A stretch of 64,000 bases of DNA from Clostridia bacterium (GCA_017553325.1 JAFZMH010000004.1:95138-159137); one strand, 5' to 3'. Counted from the stretch's first letter, positions 44,164 to 54,142 are shown. Translations and numbers: made by a program. The notes: generated by a model from the letters alone, not told the origin.

Positions 44164-45153
44164 TTATTTAGAAATGACTTTCGCCAAATCGTACAATTTT
44201 TCGTCGAATTCCTTTGGAATTTTGAGAGCTTCAAGCACGGTGGTGTCGTAGATGTCCCCGCCGCGAATGCCGACCACTCTGCCCGACTGTCCGCACATGA
44301 TGAGTTCGACAGCGCGTTGCGCCATGCGAGCCGCGAGCACTCTGTCCGCCATCGTCGGGTTGCCGCCGCGTTGCATATAGCCGAGCGCCATGTGGTTGAC
44401 GCGTCTGCCCGTTGCCTTTGCAATCTCTTCAAGAAGCGGGTCCTTGAGATAATTGACGCCTTCTGCAAGCAAGATGATCGTGGACGTCTTGCCCTTCTCT
44501 TCAAAGCCGACTCTCACGCTCTCCGCGATGACTTTTGGGTCGACGGGATTTGCCTCGGGCACGATGACGTACTCCGCCCCGCCTGCGATTGCGGAGTTGA
44601 CCGCGATGTTTCCGCACTCTCTGCCCATGACTTCGAGAATCATAATCCTGTCGTGCGATGTGATTGTGTCGCGGAGTTTCAAAATCGCGTCGATGACCGT
44701 ATTGCACGCCGTGTCAAAACCGATTGTCGAATCGGTGTAGCCCATATCGTTGTCGATTGTGCCGGGGATGCCGATTACGTTGAGTTCGGTGTGCTCGTGC
44801 AGGGCCTCGACTCCGTGGAAAGAGCCGTCGCCACCTATGACGATGAGGTTTTCTATGCCCTTATCAAGCAGGTTTTTTGCCGCTTTGATATGCACTTCGG
44901 GGTCCTTGAATTCCGGACAACGCGAGGTGCGCAAAATCGTTCCGCCCGTATGCACGGTGTTGGAAACCGACTTGTACTCCATCTTGAAAATTTCGTCGTT
45001 CACGAGCCCCTTGTAGCCGTGTTTCACGCCGTAAACTTCGTAGCCGTTTGCCATTGCAAAACGGAGTACCGTACGGATGGCGGCATTCATACCGGATGCG
45101 TCTCCGCCGCTTGTTAAAACAGCAAGTTTTTTGTTCGTAAGATTTTTTGCCAT
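44164..45153 (-). CDS. pfkA: ATP-dependent 6-phosphofructokinase
   Basis: 329 aa. LTSGGDASGMNAAIR, IGGDGSF, GIPGTIDND, ALGYMQRGG. Confidence 0.9.
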   Translation of the reverse strand: MAKNLTNKKLAVLTSGGDASGMNAAIRTVLRFAMANGYEVYGVKHGYKGLVNDEIFKMEYKSVSNTVHTGGTILRTSRCPEFKDPEVHIKAAKNLLDKGIENLIVIGGDGSFHGVEALHEHTELNVIGIPGTIDNDMGYTDSTIGFDTACNTVIDAILKLRDTITSHDRIMILEVMGRECGNIAVNSAIAGGAEYVIVPEANPVDPKVIAESVRVGFEEKGKTSTIILLAEGVNYLKDPLLEEIAKATGRRVNHMALGYMQRGGNPTMADRVLAARMAQRAVELIMCGQSGRVVGIRGGDIYDTTVLEALKIPKEFDEKLYDLAKVISK

Positions 45154-45174
45154 AATTGCCTCTATATTGATGAT

Positions 45175-48100
45175 TTATTTCCTTGCAAGTTTGATATTTT
45201 TCTCACCGACGATGAGTTGAAGTTTGTGCAAAAACTCCTCGTCGGGGGTGACGGTATACGGGAATTTTCTAAGCACGTACTTTCCGTTCTCTTTGATTTG
45301 CGCTATGACGGGAGTCGCCCCGGGGTGCATTTGCAGTATGCCGGACACTAGTTCCTTCTCGCTTGAGTCGTTTATGAGCACATAGACGACGGAGCCGCCT
45401 TGCTCCTTATTAGCGCGCGCGTTTTGCCAGATCTCCACTTTGTCGATGGTGATTTTGGGTTCGCTCTCGTCTCTTAAATCTATTCTGCCTGAAATCTTTA
45501 TCGGCTCTTCGCCGTCCAAGAAATTGCCGAATCTTTCGTAGACCTTCGGGTACATCGAAAACGCAACGGAGCCCATCTTATCCTCAACTCTGCCCACGGC
45601 GAATTTGAGTTGCTTGCCCGTCGTTTTCTTCTCGTAAGACGAAACGATGCAACCGAATTTTACGGGCTTACCATCGAGCGACTTGTCCGCCACCATGACG
45701 GTTTCGCCGTTCTCGTCCTGTTCCTCGACAAGCAGTTGGCTCGTGTCGAAGTTGAATTCGCCAGCCAAGTCCTCGTAGTCCTCGAGCGGATGACCCGAAA
45801 TGTACATTCCAAGCACTTCGCGCTCGAAGGAGAGGCGTTGCGCCTTGTCGTACTCCCTCACTTTGCTGTACTGTATCTCGTCGTCCTCGATGAGCTCGTC
45901 AAACAGAGACATTTGCCCCGTGAGTTTGTTTTTTTTGTCGCCGAGCACGGCGTCCATAATGCGCTCGTAGGACGCCATGAGCGTAGCCCTTCCCTTGCCG
46001 AAGCAATCGAGTGCGCCGCCCTTTATGAGGCTTTCAACCATGCGCTTGTTGATTTGTCCCGCACAACGGTCAAGCAAGTCCTTTATGTCCTTAAACTCTC
46101 CGTTCTTCTTGCGCTCTTCAAGCAAGTATTCCATAGCCTGCTCGCCGACGTTCTTTATGCCCATAAGTCCGTAGCGGACGTTTTCTCCCTCGATTGAGAA
46201 ATACTTTTTGGAGCGGTTGATATCGGGTGGCAAAACCTTGACTCCCTTGCGCTTCAAATAGTTCATATAGTGCTTGACTTCGTCCGCGTTGGTGATACGG
46301 TTGTTGACGACGGCGACTATATAGTGCGTCGGGTAGTAGAGTTTGAGATATGCCGTCTGATACGTAAGGTAGGTGTAAGCCGCGGCGTGCGATTTGTTGA
46401 ACGCGTAGGACGCGAATTTCAAAATCTCGGCGAAAAGTCGTCTTGCGACGGCTTCGTCCACGCCGTTTGCGATTGCGCCGTCCACGTGCTTCTTGGTCTT
46501 GTCGCCGTCGACCACGCCGCCGTTCAAAAATACCTCTTCCATTCTCTGCAAGATTTCCGCCTTCTTTTTGGACATTGCGCGACGCATGATGTCCGCTCCG
46601 CCGAACGAGAAGCCCGCAAGTTTTTGCGCTATCTGCATGACCTGTTCTTGATAGACGATACATCCGTAGGTGTTGCCCAAAATCTCTTTCAGGCGCGGGT
46701 CGTCATAGACGACTTCGTCGGGATGACGCTTGCCTTGCACGAACATTTCGATAAACTGCATGGGTCCCGGGCGGTACATCGAAATACCTGCTGTGACGTC
46801 TTCGAAGTTTTCCGGTTGCAGTTGCGCCATAAACTTTTTCATACCGCCGCTTTCAAGTTGGAACACCGCTTCGCAGTCGCCCGAACCGATGAGTTTGTAG
46901 ACGTCGGGGTTCTCGTAGCCGAGTTTGTGGAAGTCGAGTTCCACCCCCTTGTCCTCCTTTATTAGTTTGAGCGCTTCGTCTATGTCCGTGAGCGTTTTGA
47001 GCCCCAAAAAGTCCATTTTGAGAAGCCCCAATTCCTCGACGATGACCTTGTCGAATTGAGTGGTGATGACGGGGCCGTTTCTTGAAAGAGCGCAGTGCTC
47101 GACGACGGGGTCCGCGCAGATGACGACGCCTGCCGCGTGCATTGACGTCTGTCTCGGCATACCTTCGAGTTGCATCGCAATATCGATGCAGTTTCTCGCC
47201 GCCTCGTTCGTGTCGTAGAGTTTTTTGAAATCGGGGCTGTACGACTCGCTCCCCTCCATAAGAAGCTGCGGTAGCAAAACTTTGCCGACGGGGATCTCTT
47301 TAACCCAGTTGTTCGCCTCGTTGTACGGGACGTCAAGAACACGCGCGACGTCCTTGACGACAGCCTTTGCGCTCATCGTCGAATACGCGATGATTTGCGA
47401 GACGTTGTCCTTGCCGTATTTTTCTATGCAGTAGTCGATGACCTCTTGACGGCGAACGAAACAGAAGTCCACGTCGAAGTCTGGCATTGAGACACGCTCC
47501 TCCGAAAGGAAGCGTTCAAAGAGCAAATTGTATTTGAGCGGGTCGATGTCGGTGATGCCGATAGAATATGCGACGATACTTCCGCATCCGCTACCGCGCC
47601 CGGGACCGACGGGGATACCCATCTGTTGCGCCGCGTGCACGTAGTCCCAAACGATAAGGAAGTAGCCGTCAAACCCGCACTTGTGGATGACGCCGAGTTC
47701 GTATTCCAAGCGTTCGCGCATTTCGGGAGTGATTTCGGGGTATTTTTTTGCCATACCTTGCTCTGCAAGGTAGCGGATATACCCCGCCTCGTCGAGGTGC
47801 AAATCTTCCATCTCTTTGCAGGTGTATTTCGGGATGATTGAGGGGTGTTTTGTCACAAAATAGTCCTCAACCTTGTCCGCGATCTCCTTCGTCGAGGCAA
47901 TAGCCTCGGGACACCAAGCAAAGAGTTCTTCCATCTCTTCTCCGCTCTTTAAATAGAACTCGTCGTTTGAAAAACGCGCGGGGTTCATCTCGCTCTTTTT
48001 GCAGCCGAGAGTGATGCACATCATCGTATCTTGAAGGTCGGCGTCTTCTTTTTCTATATAGTGGACGTCGTTTGTCGCCACGACTTTGACGCCTATCTCC

Positions 48101-48729
48101 TTTGCGATTTGGCAGAGCGGGTTCATGACGATTTTGTCCTCGTCTAGATGATGGTCTTGAAGTTCGATATAAAAATCGCCAGGGGCGAACATATCGCGCA
48201 TGCGTATAGCCACCTCTTTCGCCTCTTGATACTTGCCCTGCAAAATGAGGTGAGGTATCTGCCCCGCAAGACAAGCGGAAAGACAGATAATTCCCTCGCT
48301 ATGCTCGGAAAGTACTTTGAGGTCTATACGCGGTTTCATATAAAAGCCGTCCACAAACGCCATAGACGAAAGTTTCATAAGGTTTTTATAGCCCACCTCG
48401 TTTTTGGCGAGAAGAATGAGGTGATAGCGTTGTTTCAAGACGTCTGGCGTCTTTGCGTACATATCGTCCGCAACGTAAAATTCCTGCCCGATGATAGGCT
48501 TTATTCCATCCGCGCGCAAAGTCGAGACAAAGGTGTACGCCCCGTACATATTTCCGTGGTCGGTGATGGCAACGGCGGACATACCGCGCGCCTTCAAAGC
48601 CTCGGAAAGTGGGTGCAGTTTTTTCGTCTTGTTGGGGTCCTTCGGGTCGGGCACGACTTTTATGAGCCTAACCGCCCCGTCAAGCAAACTGTATTCTGTG
48701 TGTAAATGTAGATGTACGAAATCTGTCAT
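45175..48729 (-). CDS. dnaE: DNA polymerase III alpha subunit (DnaE type)
   Basis: 1184 aa. N-terminal PHP motif FVHLHLHTEYSLLDG, a polymerase core including ..PDFDVDF.., and a C-terminal OB region. Confidence 0.95.
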   Translation of the reverse strand: MTDFVHLHLHTEYSLLDGAVRLIKVVPDPKDPNKTKKLHPLSEALKARGMSAVAITDHGNMYGAYTFVSTLRADGIKPIIGQEFYVADDMYAKTPDVLKQRYHLILLAKNEVGYKNLMKLSSMAFVDGFYMKPRIDLKVLSEHSEGIICLSACLAGQIPHLILQGKYQEAKEVAIRMRDMFAPGDFYIELQDHHLDEDKIVMNPLCQIAKEIGVKVVATNDVHYIEKEDADLQDTMMCITLGCKKSEMNPARFSNDEFYLKSGEEMEELFAWCPEAIASTKEIADKVEDYFVTKHPSIIPKYTCKEMEDLHLDEAGYIRYLAEQGMAKKYPEITPEMRERLEYELGVIHKCGFDGYFLIVWDYVHAAQQMGIPVGPGRGSGCGSIVAYSIGITDIDPLKYNLLFERFLSEERVSMPDFDVDFCFVRRQEVIDYCIEKYGKDNVSQIIAYSTMSAKAVVKDVARVLDVPYNEANNWVKEIPVGKVLLPQLLMEGSESYSPDFKKLYDTNEAARNCIDIAMQLEGMPRQTSMHAAGVVICADPVVEHCALSRNGPVITTQFDKVIVEELGLLKMDFLGLKTLTDIDEALKLIKEDKGVELDFHKLGYENPDVYKLIGSGDCEAVFQLESGGMKKFMAQLQPENFEDVTAGISMYRPGPMQFIEMFVQGKRHPDEVVYDDPRLKEILGNTYGCIVYQEQVMQIAQKLAGFSFGGADIMRRAMSKKKAEILQRMEEVFLNGGVVDGDKTKKHVDGAIANGVDEAVARRLFAEILKFASYAFNKSHAAAYTYLTYQTAYLKLYYPTHYIVAVVNNRITNADEVKHYMNYLKRKGVKVLPPDINRSKKYFSIEGENVRYGLMGIKNVGEQAMEYLLEERKKNGEFKDIKDLLDRCAGQINKRMVESLIKGGALDCFGKGRATLMASYERIMDAVLGDKKNKLTGQMSLFDELIEDDEIQYSKVREYDKAQRLSFEREVLGMYISGHPLEDYEDLAGEFNFDTSQLLVEEQDENGETVMVADKSLDGKPVKFGCIVSSYEKKTTGKQLKFAVGRVEDKMGSVAFSMYPKVYERFGNFLDGEEPIKISGRIDLRDESEPKITIDKVEIWQNARANKEQGGSVVYVLINDSSEKELVSGILQMHPGATPVIAQIKENGKYVLRKFPYTVTPDEEFLHKLQLIVGEKNIKLARK

Positions 48730-48775
48730 TTTTGTCCTATTGTGTATGTTTTATTTCCGTTAAATTCTTTTTGTT

Positions 48776-49756
48776 TTATTGTTCGCTGTCCGGCAACTCT
48801 TCGGAGATTTCAACAAGTTTTCTGAGCCTATGGTTCAAGCAACTTTTGCTCACGCCGAGAGCGTCCGCCAAGTCCTGCAAACTGCTTTCGGGGTTGTCCA
48901 TTCTCGCCTGCGCGGTCTCTTTAAGCGCGGGGGTGAGCGCCTCAAACAGCCCAAAATTATAAATTTTGCCTATCGCAAGCAGATGTTTGCTGGCGGCGGC
49001 GAAAGTCTTGTCCATATTTGCCGTCTCGCAGATAATCGCGCGGTTGAGGCTGTTTGCCGTCTCGCGTTCGTTTATAATCGTCTGCAATTTGAGCACGCAT
49101 TCGCTGAGTCCAAACAACACGAGCACCTTTGCGATTTCGTCCTTGTCCTTAAAGTAGACGAGTTTGTGGTCTCCCCTGTCGCTCGTCTTTGCGGACAAGG
49201 CAAAGAAATCAAACAATTTCACCACGTCTTCGGCATAGTTTTCGTCGTCGAATTGCAGTTCGAGATGATAGCCGTCGCGCTTTTCCTCATCGCCCGCGAG
49301 CGAGGGAACGTATACGCTTCCGCATCCCAAAAACAGTCCTGCAAGAAACGCACGCTTGCACTCTTCTTTCTTCAAAAGTTCAAACGGAACGCCCTCGATA
49401 AACCCGCTCAAATCTTCGCCGTCCAGCGTCATAAGCCCAAAATCTGCGAGTATCTGTTTCGAAAACCCGTACGGCACTTGCAGAGAGCAGATTTGTTTGC
49501 CCGCTTTCGCCCCTGATTTTGCGGTGGACAACGAAAGTTCAAACTCCGTGGGATAGAGTTCTTTAAACGCTTCGACGATCTTCATCCCCTCGTCGAAACC
49601 GTCGAGTTGAAGGCACAAATTCATACGCTTGTTTGCGATTTCGATTGTCCCCGTCGCCTTCGTGAGCCCCGAAAGAAACGCGACGAGAGAGTCCCTGTCT
49701 TTCGGCAGAGAATCGACGATTTCATTTTGAACTTCTGTTCTGAAAGTTTCGCTCAT
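48776..49756 (-). CDS. whiA: DNA-binding protein WhiA
   Basis: 326 aa from ATG 49756 (ATGA overlap with the upstream stop; the track start is TTG). LAGLIDADG-like FLAGLFLGCGS and a C-terminal HTH ..LQDLADALGVSKSCLNHRLRKL.. Confidence 0.85.
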   Translation of the reverse strand: MSETFRTEVQNEIVDSLPKDRDSLVAFLSGLTKATGTIEIANKRMNLCLQLDGFDEGMKIVEAFKELYPTEFELSLSTAKSGAKAGKQICSLQVPYGFSKQILADFGLMTLDGEDLSGFIEGVPFELLKKEECKRAFLAGLFLGCGSVYVPSLAGDEEKRDGYHLELQFDDENYAEDVVKLFDFFALSAKTSDRGDHKLVYFKDKDEIAKVLVLFGLSECVLKLQTIINERETANSLNRAIICETANMDKTFAAASKHLLAIGKIYNFGLFEALTPALKETAQARMDNPESSLQDLADALGVSKSCLNHRLRKLVEISEELPDSEQ

Positions 49757-50505
49757 ACGTTGCGTCTCCAATTTGTTTTGTCTTTGAAAGTCGGCTTGTT
49801 GCCGTCTATGCCGAATACTCGCTCGCGCGGTATTTTGTTGTCCACGATAAATTTTTCTATCTCGTCGAATTTGCCTATATCTCTTGCTTTGTGCGCGTCG
49901 CTGCCCACTATAAAATTGACTCCGCTCTCCACCGCGTCCTGCAAAAGCGGCAAGAACGCGTCGAGGTGCTTGGCATTGAGTTCGACATACGCTCCCGTCT
50001 CTCTCGCCTTGTCAAAAATCGGTCGAGCGTTAACAGGCGCTTTGTGATTTAGGTGCGCAACTATGTCGACGGGGTACTTGTCAAGTGCTCTCACGTAGGC
50101 GTCCGTATTTACGCTCACGAGCGCACGCTTTGCGCGCGTAGAGCAAAACCCGTTTGTGAAGATAAATTTTGAAAACATAAATCTCGGTTTGACATATCTG
50201 TGGAAACCCACGGTCAAAACGTCGAGACGTCTTATATACTCATCGGGAGTGTCGATGTCGCCGGCTGTATTCAAAAGATTGCTCTCTATACCCTGCAAGA
50301 CGCGAACGTCCTTTTCGCCCCTTATAAACGCCTGCTCTCTTTCAAATTTTTTCGCGGTCATATTCGCAAGGATAGACCAAAACCCGTGGTCGCTGACCAC
50401 GATTTCCTCAAGTCCCGCCGCCTTTGCCGCTCTCACGTTCTCTTCAAGCGTGGATTGCCCGTCGCTGGCAACGGTGTGAGTGTGATAGTCTCCCAAAAAT
50501 TTCAT
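49753..50505 (-). CDS. PHP domain phosphoesterase
   Basis: 250 aa from ATG 50505 (ATGA overlap with murB). DYHTHTVASDG and ..VVSDHG... The 59-aa Arg-rich N-terminal extension in the track overlaps murB and is rejected. Confidence 0.8.
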   Translation of the reverse strand: MKFLGDYHTHTVASDGQSTLEENVRAAKAAGLEEIVVSDHGFWSILANMTAKKFEREQAFIRGEKDVRVLQGIESNLLNTAGDIDTPDEYIRRLDVLTVGFHRYVKPRFMFSKFIFTNGFCSTRAKRALVSVNTDAYVRALDKYPVDIVAHLNHKAPVNARPIFDKARETGAYVELNAKHLDAFLPLLQDAVESGVNFIVGSDAHKARDIGKFDEIEKFIVDNKIPRERVFGIDGNKPTFKDKTNWRRNV

Positions 50506-51383
50506 CGTATGACTTTGAACTCCCTTTCGAGTTTTATCCCGAATTCTTCGTATACTCTTCTCTCGCAAATCTCGACGAGAGCAAGAAAGTCGGCGGCGGT
50601 GGCGCCGCCCGTATTGACGATAAAGTTTGCGTGTTTTCGGCTTATTTCCGCCCCGCCATGTCGCAAGCCCTTGAGCCCGCACTTTTCAATGAGTTTGCCG
50701 GACGGTATCTCGCCGTTTTTGAACACGCTTCCGCAAGTATTGCCTCTCGGTTGTCTCTCCGCGCGTATTGAAAGATATTCTTTCACCCTGGCGAGCGACT
50801 GTGATTTCTCCACTCTTTCGAGTTTGAGTTTCGCCCCGACGATTACCCCGTCAGCGCCCTTTCGGTAGCCGTAGTCGACGTCCCGCTTTTTCACTTCGCA
50901 CACACGCTCATAACACGCACGCGTGGAAAAGACGAACACGCTCTCAACGAAATCGAAAATCTGCCTCGAGAACGCAGAGGCGTTCATGCGTATCGCCCCT
51001 CCCAAAGTGAGAGGCACGCCCGCAAGAAACTCCAACCCGCCGAGATTTTGCTCTCTTGCAAGCCTTGCAAAATCCGAGATTTTTACGCCGCATTCCAAAA
51101 ACGCAAACCCGTTTTCAACGCGCGCTTTGTTCAGGTTTTTCGTCAACACCGCAGGGGTTTCAATCTCCCCGTCTGCGACTATCAGGTTCGAGCCTCCGCC
51201 GATAATAAACGGCTGGACGTTAAGCTCGTATAGCGCGCTTATCGTTCGCAAAAATTCCCGCGTGGTTTTGGGCAAAAAAACGTTTTTGAGCGTCCCTCCG
51301 CCCTTGAATGTCGTGAGTTCCTTCGCGCTTGCGTCAGTCTTTACTGCGCCGATTGACTTTGCCACGTCGTCTTGTATGCTCAT
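50502..51383 (-). CDS. murB: UDP-N-acetylmuramate dehydrogenase
   Basis: 293 aa. ..TTFKGGGT.., IIGGGSNLIV, ..GNTCGSVFKN.. Confidence 0.9.
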   Translation of the reverse strand: MSIQDDVAKSIGAVKTDASAKELTTFKGGGTLKNVFLPKTTREFLRTISALYELNVQPFIIGGGSNLIVADGEIETPAVLTKNLNKARVENGFAFLECGVKISDFARLAREQNLGGLEFLAGVPLTLGGAIRMNASAFSRQIFDFVESVFVFSTRACYERVCEVKKRDVDYGYRKGADGVIVGAKLKLERVEKSQSLARVKEYLSIRAERQPRGNTCGSVFKNGEIPSGKLIEKCGLKGLRHGGAEISRKHANFIVNTGGATAADFLALVEICERRVYEEFGIKLEREFKVIR

Positions 51384-51461
51384 ATTTCAATATATGAGCG
51401 TGGACGTTATAAATCATTATACAATAATGAATTTATAATTTCAAGACCGAACACAAATCGT

Positions 51462-53270
51462 CTACCGATTTTTTTCGTTCAAGGCTTTTAGCAGTTTTTC
51501 GGCTGACTTGACGGAGAACCCGTCGATGGTTGCAATCTCCTCGGGCGTCTTGCGCTTTATCTCCTCAACCGAGCCGAATTCCCTTATCAAAAGCGCGGAC
51601 TTTTGCGGGCCTATTCCCTCGATTTCTTTGAGGACGCTCTCGCTCAAATGTTTACTGCGCAAATTTCTGTGAAAAGTGATTGCGAATCTGTGCGACTCGT
51701 CCCTTATGCGCTGCAAAAGTTGAAGCGCGACGCTGTCCTTGGGCAGTATGACGGGAGAGGTCGGGTCGCTGCCGAGGAAAACTTCCTCCTCTCGTTTTGC
51801 GAGAGAAATTATCTCGATATCCTCTCTTCCCGTCTCTCTCTGCGCCTCTTTGGCATAGGCAAGTTGACCCTTTCCGCCGTCTATCACGATGAGGTCGGGT
51901 ATGGACGAAAAACTCTCGTCCTCGTCGTCCAGCCTGTTAAGACGCCTCGTCAAAACTTCCTTCATACTTGCGAAGTCGTTGTTGCCCTCCACCGTCTTTA
52001 TCTTGAATTTGCGATAATGCGACTTCTTGGGCGCGCCGTTTTCAAAGACGACCATACTCGCCACCTTGTCCGTACCGGAGATGTGCGATATGTCGTAGCA
52101 CTCCATCCTGACGGGCAGGGTTTTCATACCCAAAATCTCGCCGAGTTGCTTGACCGCTCCCTCCGTACGCAGTATTTTTCGCTCGTCCTGCGTGCCGTAT
52201 TTCGTCATAGCGTCGTAGGCGTTTGAGTGCGCGAGGTCGAGGAGTTGACGACGTACGCCCTGCTTTGGCTCGACCACTCTCACCGTGTGCGAACAAAGCG
52301 CGGAGACCGCGCTTTCGAGGCTCGCCGCGTCTTCTACGTTGTCCGTGACGATTTCGTCCGCAAGCGGAGGGTTGCCTTGATAGTATTGATAGATGTATGA
52401 AGCAAGGTCCTCGTCCGCCGTGTGTGCGGTAAAGTTCTCCCCGCCCACGAGTTTGCCGCCGCGCACGACGAGCATATTGACCGTCGAGACGACGCCGTTG
52501 GACTCGAACGCAAAGATGTCGAGGTTGAAATCTTTGGGCAGAGTGCTGACCTGCTTTCTCACGAGTTTGTCCAAAACAGCGAGCTTGTTGCGATAGTTAA
52601 GCGCAACCTCAAAATTCTCCTGCTCCGCAAAAGCCTGCATCTTCTCGCGCAATATTTTTTCGACTTCCCTGTCGTTTCCGCGCAAAAACTCTATGACTTT
52701 TTGCATCTCCGCCTTGTACTCCCGTTCACTGACTTCGCGATTGCAGGGGGCGAGACATCTGCCAAGATGCTTGCTGAGACACGGACGAGAGGGCTTGGAC
52801 ATATCGCGCTTGCAGTCCCTCACCTGAAACGCCGTGTGAATGAGGTCGAAAATATCTTTGATATTTACGGACTGCATATACGGTCCGAAATACTTCGCGC
52901 CGTCGTTTTTGAGTTTTCGCACGAGGTTGACCGTCGGGTACGGCTCTCGCATATCAATTCGCAAAAACGGGTACGCCTTGTCGTCTTTGAGCAAAATATT
53001 GTATCTCGGCTTGTGCTTTTTGATGAGATTGTTCTCGGTCATGAGCGCGTCGACTTCGCTTGCGCAGATAATATAGCGGAAGTCGTCGACGTGTTCGAGC
53101 ATAGCCATAACTTTCGCCGTACGGTTTGCAAGGTTGAAAAAATAAGAGCGAAGCCTGTTTTTCAGGTTTTTCGCCTTGCCAACGTAGATTATTTCGCCGT
53201 CCTTGTCCAGCATAAAATACACGCCTGGGTTTTCGGGAACGTCTTTCAGTTTCGCCTTAAAATCAACCAT
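51462..53270 (-). CDS. uvrC: Excinuclease ABC subunit C
   Basis: 602 aa. GIY-YIG motif (PGVYFMLDKDGEIIYVGKAKNLKNRLRSYF), UVR domain, C-terminal HhH. Confidence 0.95.
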   Translation of the reverse strand: MVDFKAKLKDVPENPGVYFMLDKDGEIIYVGKAKNLKNRLRSYFFNLANRTAKVMAMLEHVDDFRYIICASEVDALMTENNLIKKHKPRYNILLKDDKAYPFLRIDMREPYPTVNLVRKLKNDGAKYFGPYMQSVNIKDIFDLIHTAFQVRDCKRDMSKPSRPCLSKHLGRCLAPCNREVSEREYKAEMQKVIEFLRGNDREVEKILREKMQAFAEQENFEVALNYRNKLAVLDKLVRKQVSTLPKDFNLDIFAFESNGVVSTVNMLVVRGGKLVGGENFTAHTADEDLASYIYQYYQGNPPLADEIVTDNVEDAASLESAVSALCSHTVRVVEPKQGVRRQLLDLAHSNAYDAMTKYGTQDERKILRTEGAVKQLGEILGMKTLPVRMECYDISHISGTDKVASMVVFENGAPKKSHYRKFKIKTVEGNNDFASMKEVLTRRLNRLDDEDESFSSIPDLIVIDGGKGQLAYAKEAQRETGREDIEIISLAKREEEVFLGSDPTSPVILPKDSVALQLLQRIRDESHRFAITFHRNLRSKHLSESVLKEIEGIGPQKSALLIREFGSVEEIKRKTPEEIATIDGFSVKSAEKLLKALNEKNR

Positions 53271-53276
53271 GCGTCT

Positions 53277-53306
53277 ATTATACCCAAACGGGCTCTAAAA
53301 AGTAAA
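53277..53306 (-). promoter_or_regulatory. Candidate uvrC promoter, apparently leaderless
   Basis: On the minus strand: TTTACT (53301-53306), 18-nt spacer, TATAAT (53277-53282). Only 6 nt (AGACGC) lie before the ATG at 53270, and there is no SD. Confidence 0.5.
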
Positions 53307-53378
53307 TAAAAAAAGTGAGTTTAAAATAAAAAATATATTTTGCGTACGCCGAGCGCGCGAGATACAACCTGTGCCCTA

Positions 53379-53711
53379 TCAAAGATTCAAAAAGTCGACG
53401 CCTGCCAGCAAGACGTTTTCTATTTTGCGGTTTTTGAGAGAATAATAGATTATCTTGCCATCCCTTCTCTGCTTGACGATGTCAGCGGCGCGAAGCAGTC
53501 TCAACTGATGGGAACATGTCGTTTGATTTATGTTGAGAATGCGGCTTAAATCCCCAACGCACATCTCGCTTATCGCGAGCGCGCAGATAATCTTTGCGCG
53601 AGTCACGTCGCTGCACGCCGAAAAGAATTCCGCGAGTGCGTTGAGTGTCGCGTTGCGAGGAATATATTTTATGACGGTTTCCTCCGTCTGTTCGTCGATA
53701 ATGTTTTCCAT
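53379..53711 (-). CDS. ArsR/SmtB family metalloregulatory transcription factor
   Basis: 110 aa from ATG 53711. ..LAEFFSACSDVTRAKIICAL...EMCVGDLSRILNINQTTCSHQLRLLR... A TATAAT lies 6 nt upstream of the ATG, so the start is uncertain (the TTG at 53759 is an alternative). Confidence 0.8.
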   Translation of the reverse strand: MENIIDEQTEETVIKYIPRNATLNALAEFFSACSDVTRAKIICALAISEMCVGDLSRILNINQTTCSHQLRLLRAADIVKQRRDGKIIYYSLKNRKIENVLLAGVDFLNL

Positions 53712-53802
53712 AACTCGATTATAATTTCCTTCCCCGTGCAAAAAATATATCACTTGCAAGACTTATGTCGCATATTGTGTAAAAAAGTCTATTGGAGGCG
53801 GT

Positions 53803-54003
53803 ATGTTTGAGGACAACTGGTATTTGTTTCTGCTTCTCGTTATGCTCGCGTTCTTCAGCGACGGCGAAGTCAGCACCCGAGAATCGTACGTGATGATTTC
53901 GATTCTTCTCGCGCTCACGCTCACCAACGATTTGGAAAACGAGGACGACGACACTCAAACCGCAACGACGACAAGCAACTGTTTCTGCAACAAAAACATA
54001 TAA
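53803..54003 (+). CDS. Possible 66-aa small membrane protein, divergent from arsR
   Basis: GGAGG lies 4 nt before the ATG. Two hydrophobic segments and an acidic/Thr-rich tail. Followed by hairpin ACGCAAC-ATA-GTTGCGT..TTTTT (54006-54033). Confidence 0.35.
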   Translation: MFEDNWYLFLLLVMLAFFSDGEVSTRESYVMISILLALTLTNDLENEDDDTQTATTTSNCFCNKNI

Positions 54004-54142
54004 AAACGCAACATAGTTGCGTAGTTCGTTTTTCCGCTTTCTCTCAAACAAAGAATCTTTGCGAAACACCTGCTCGATTTCGTTTTTTCTTATACAGTTC
54101 AGCAAAAGATTATTTGCGCGAAGCGGCGACGAGGTTGAGACA

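Noticed and set aside
44152-45117. 321-aa plus-strand ORF opposite pfkA. Others lie at 42860-43648 opposite pfp, 56823-57833 opposite trpS, 61278-62294 opposite prmC and 59737-60402 opposite prfA.
   Set aside because: They are antisense to genes with unmistakable catalytic motifs, and their composition is typical of the reverse frame of GC-balanced coding DNA.
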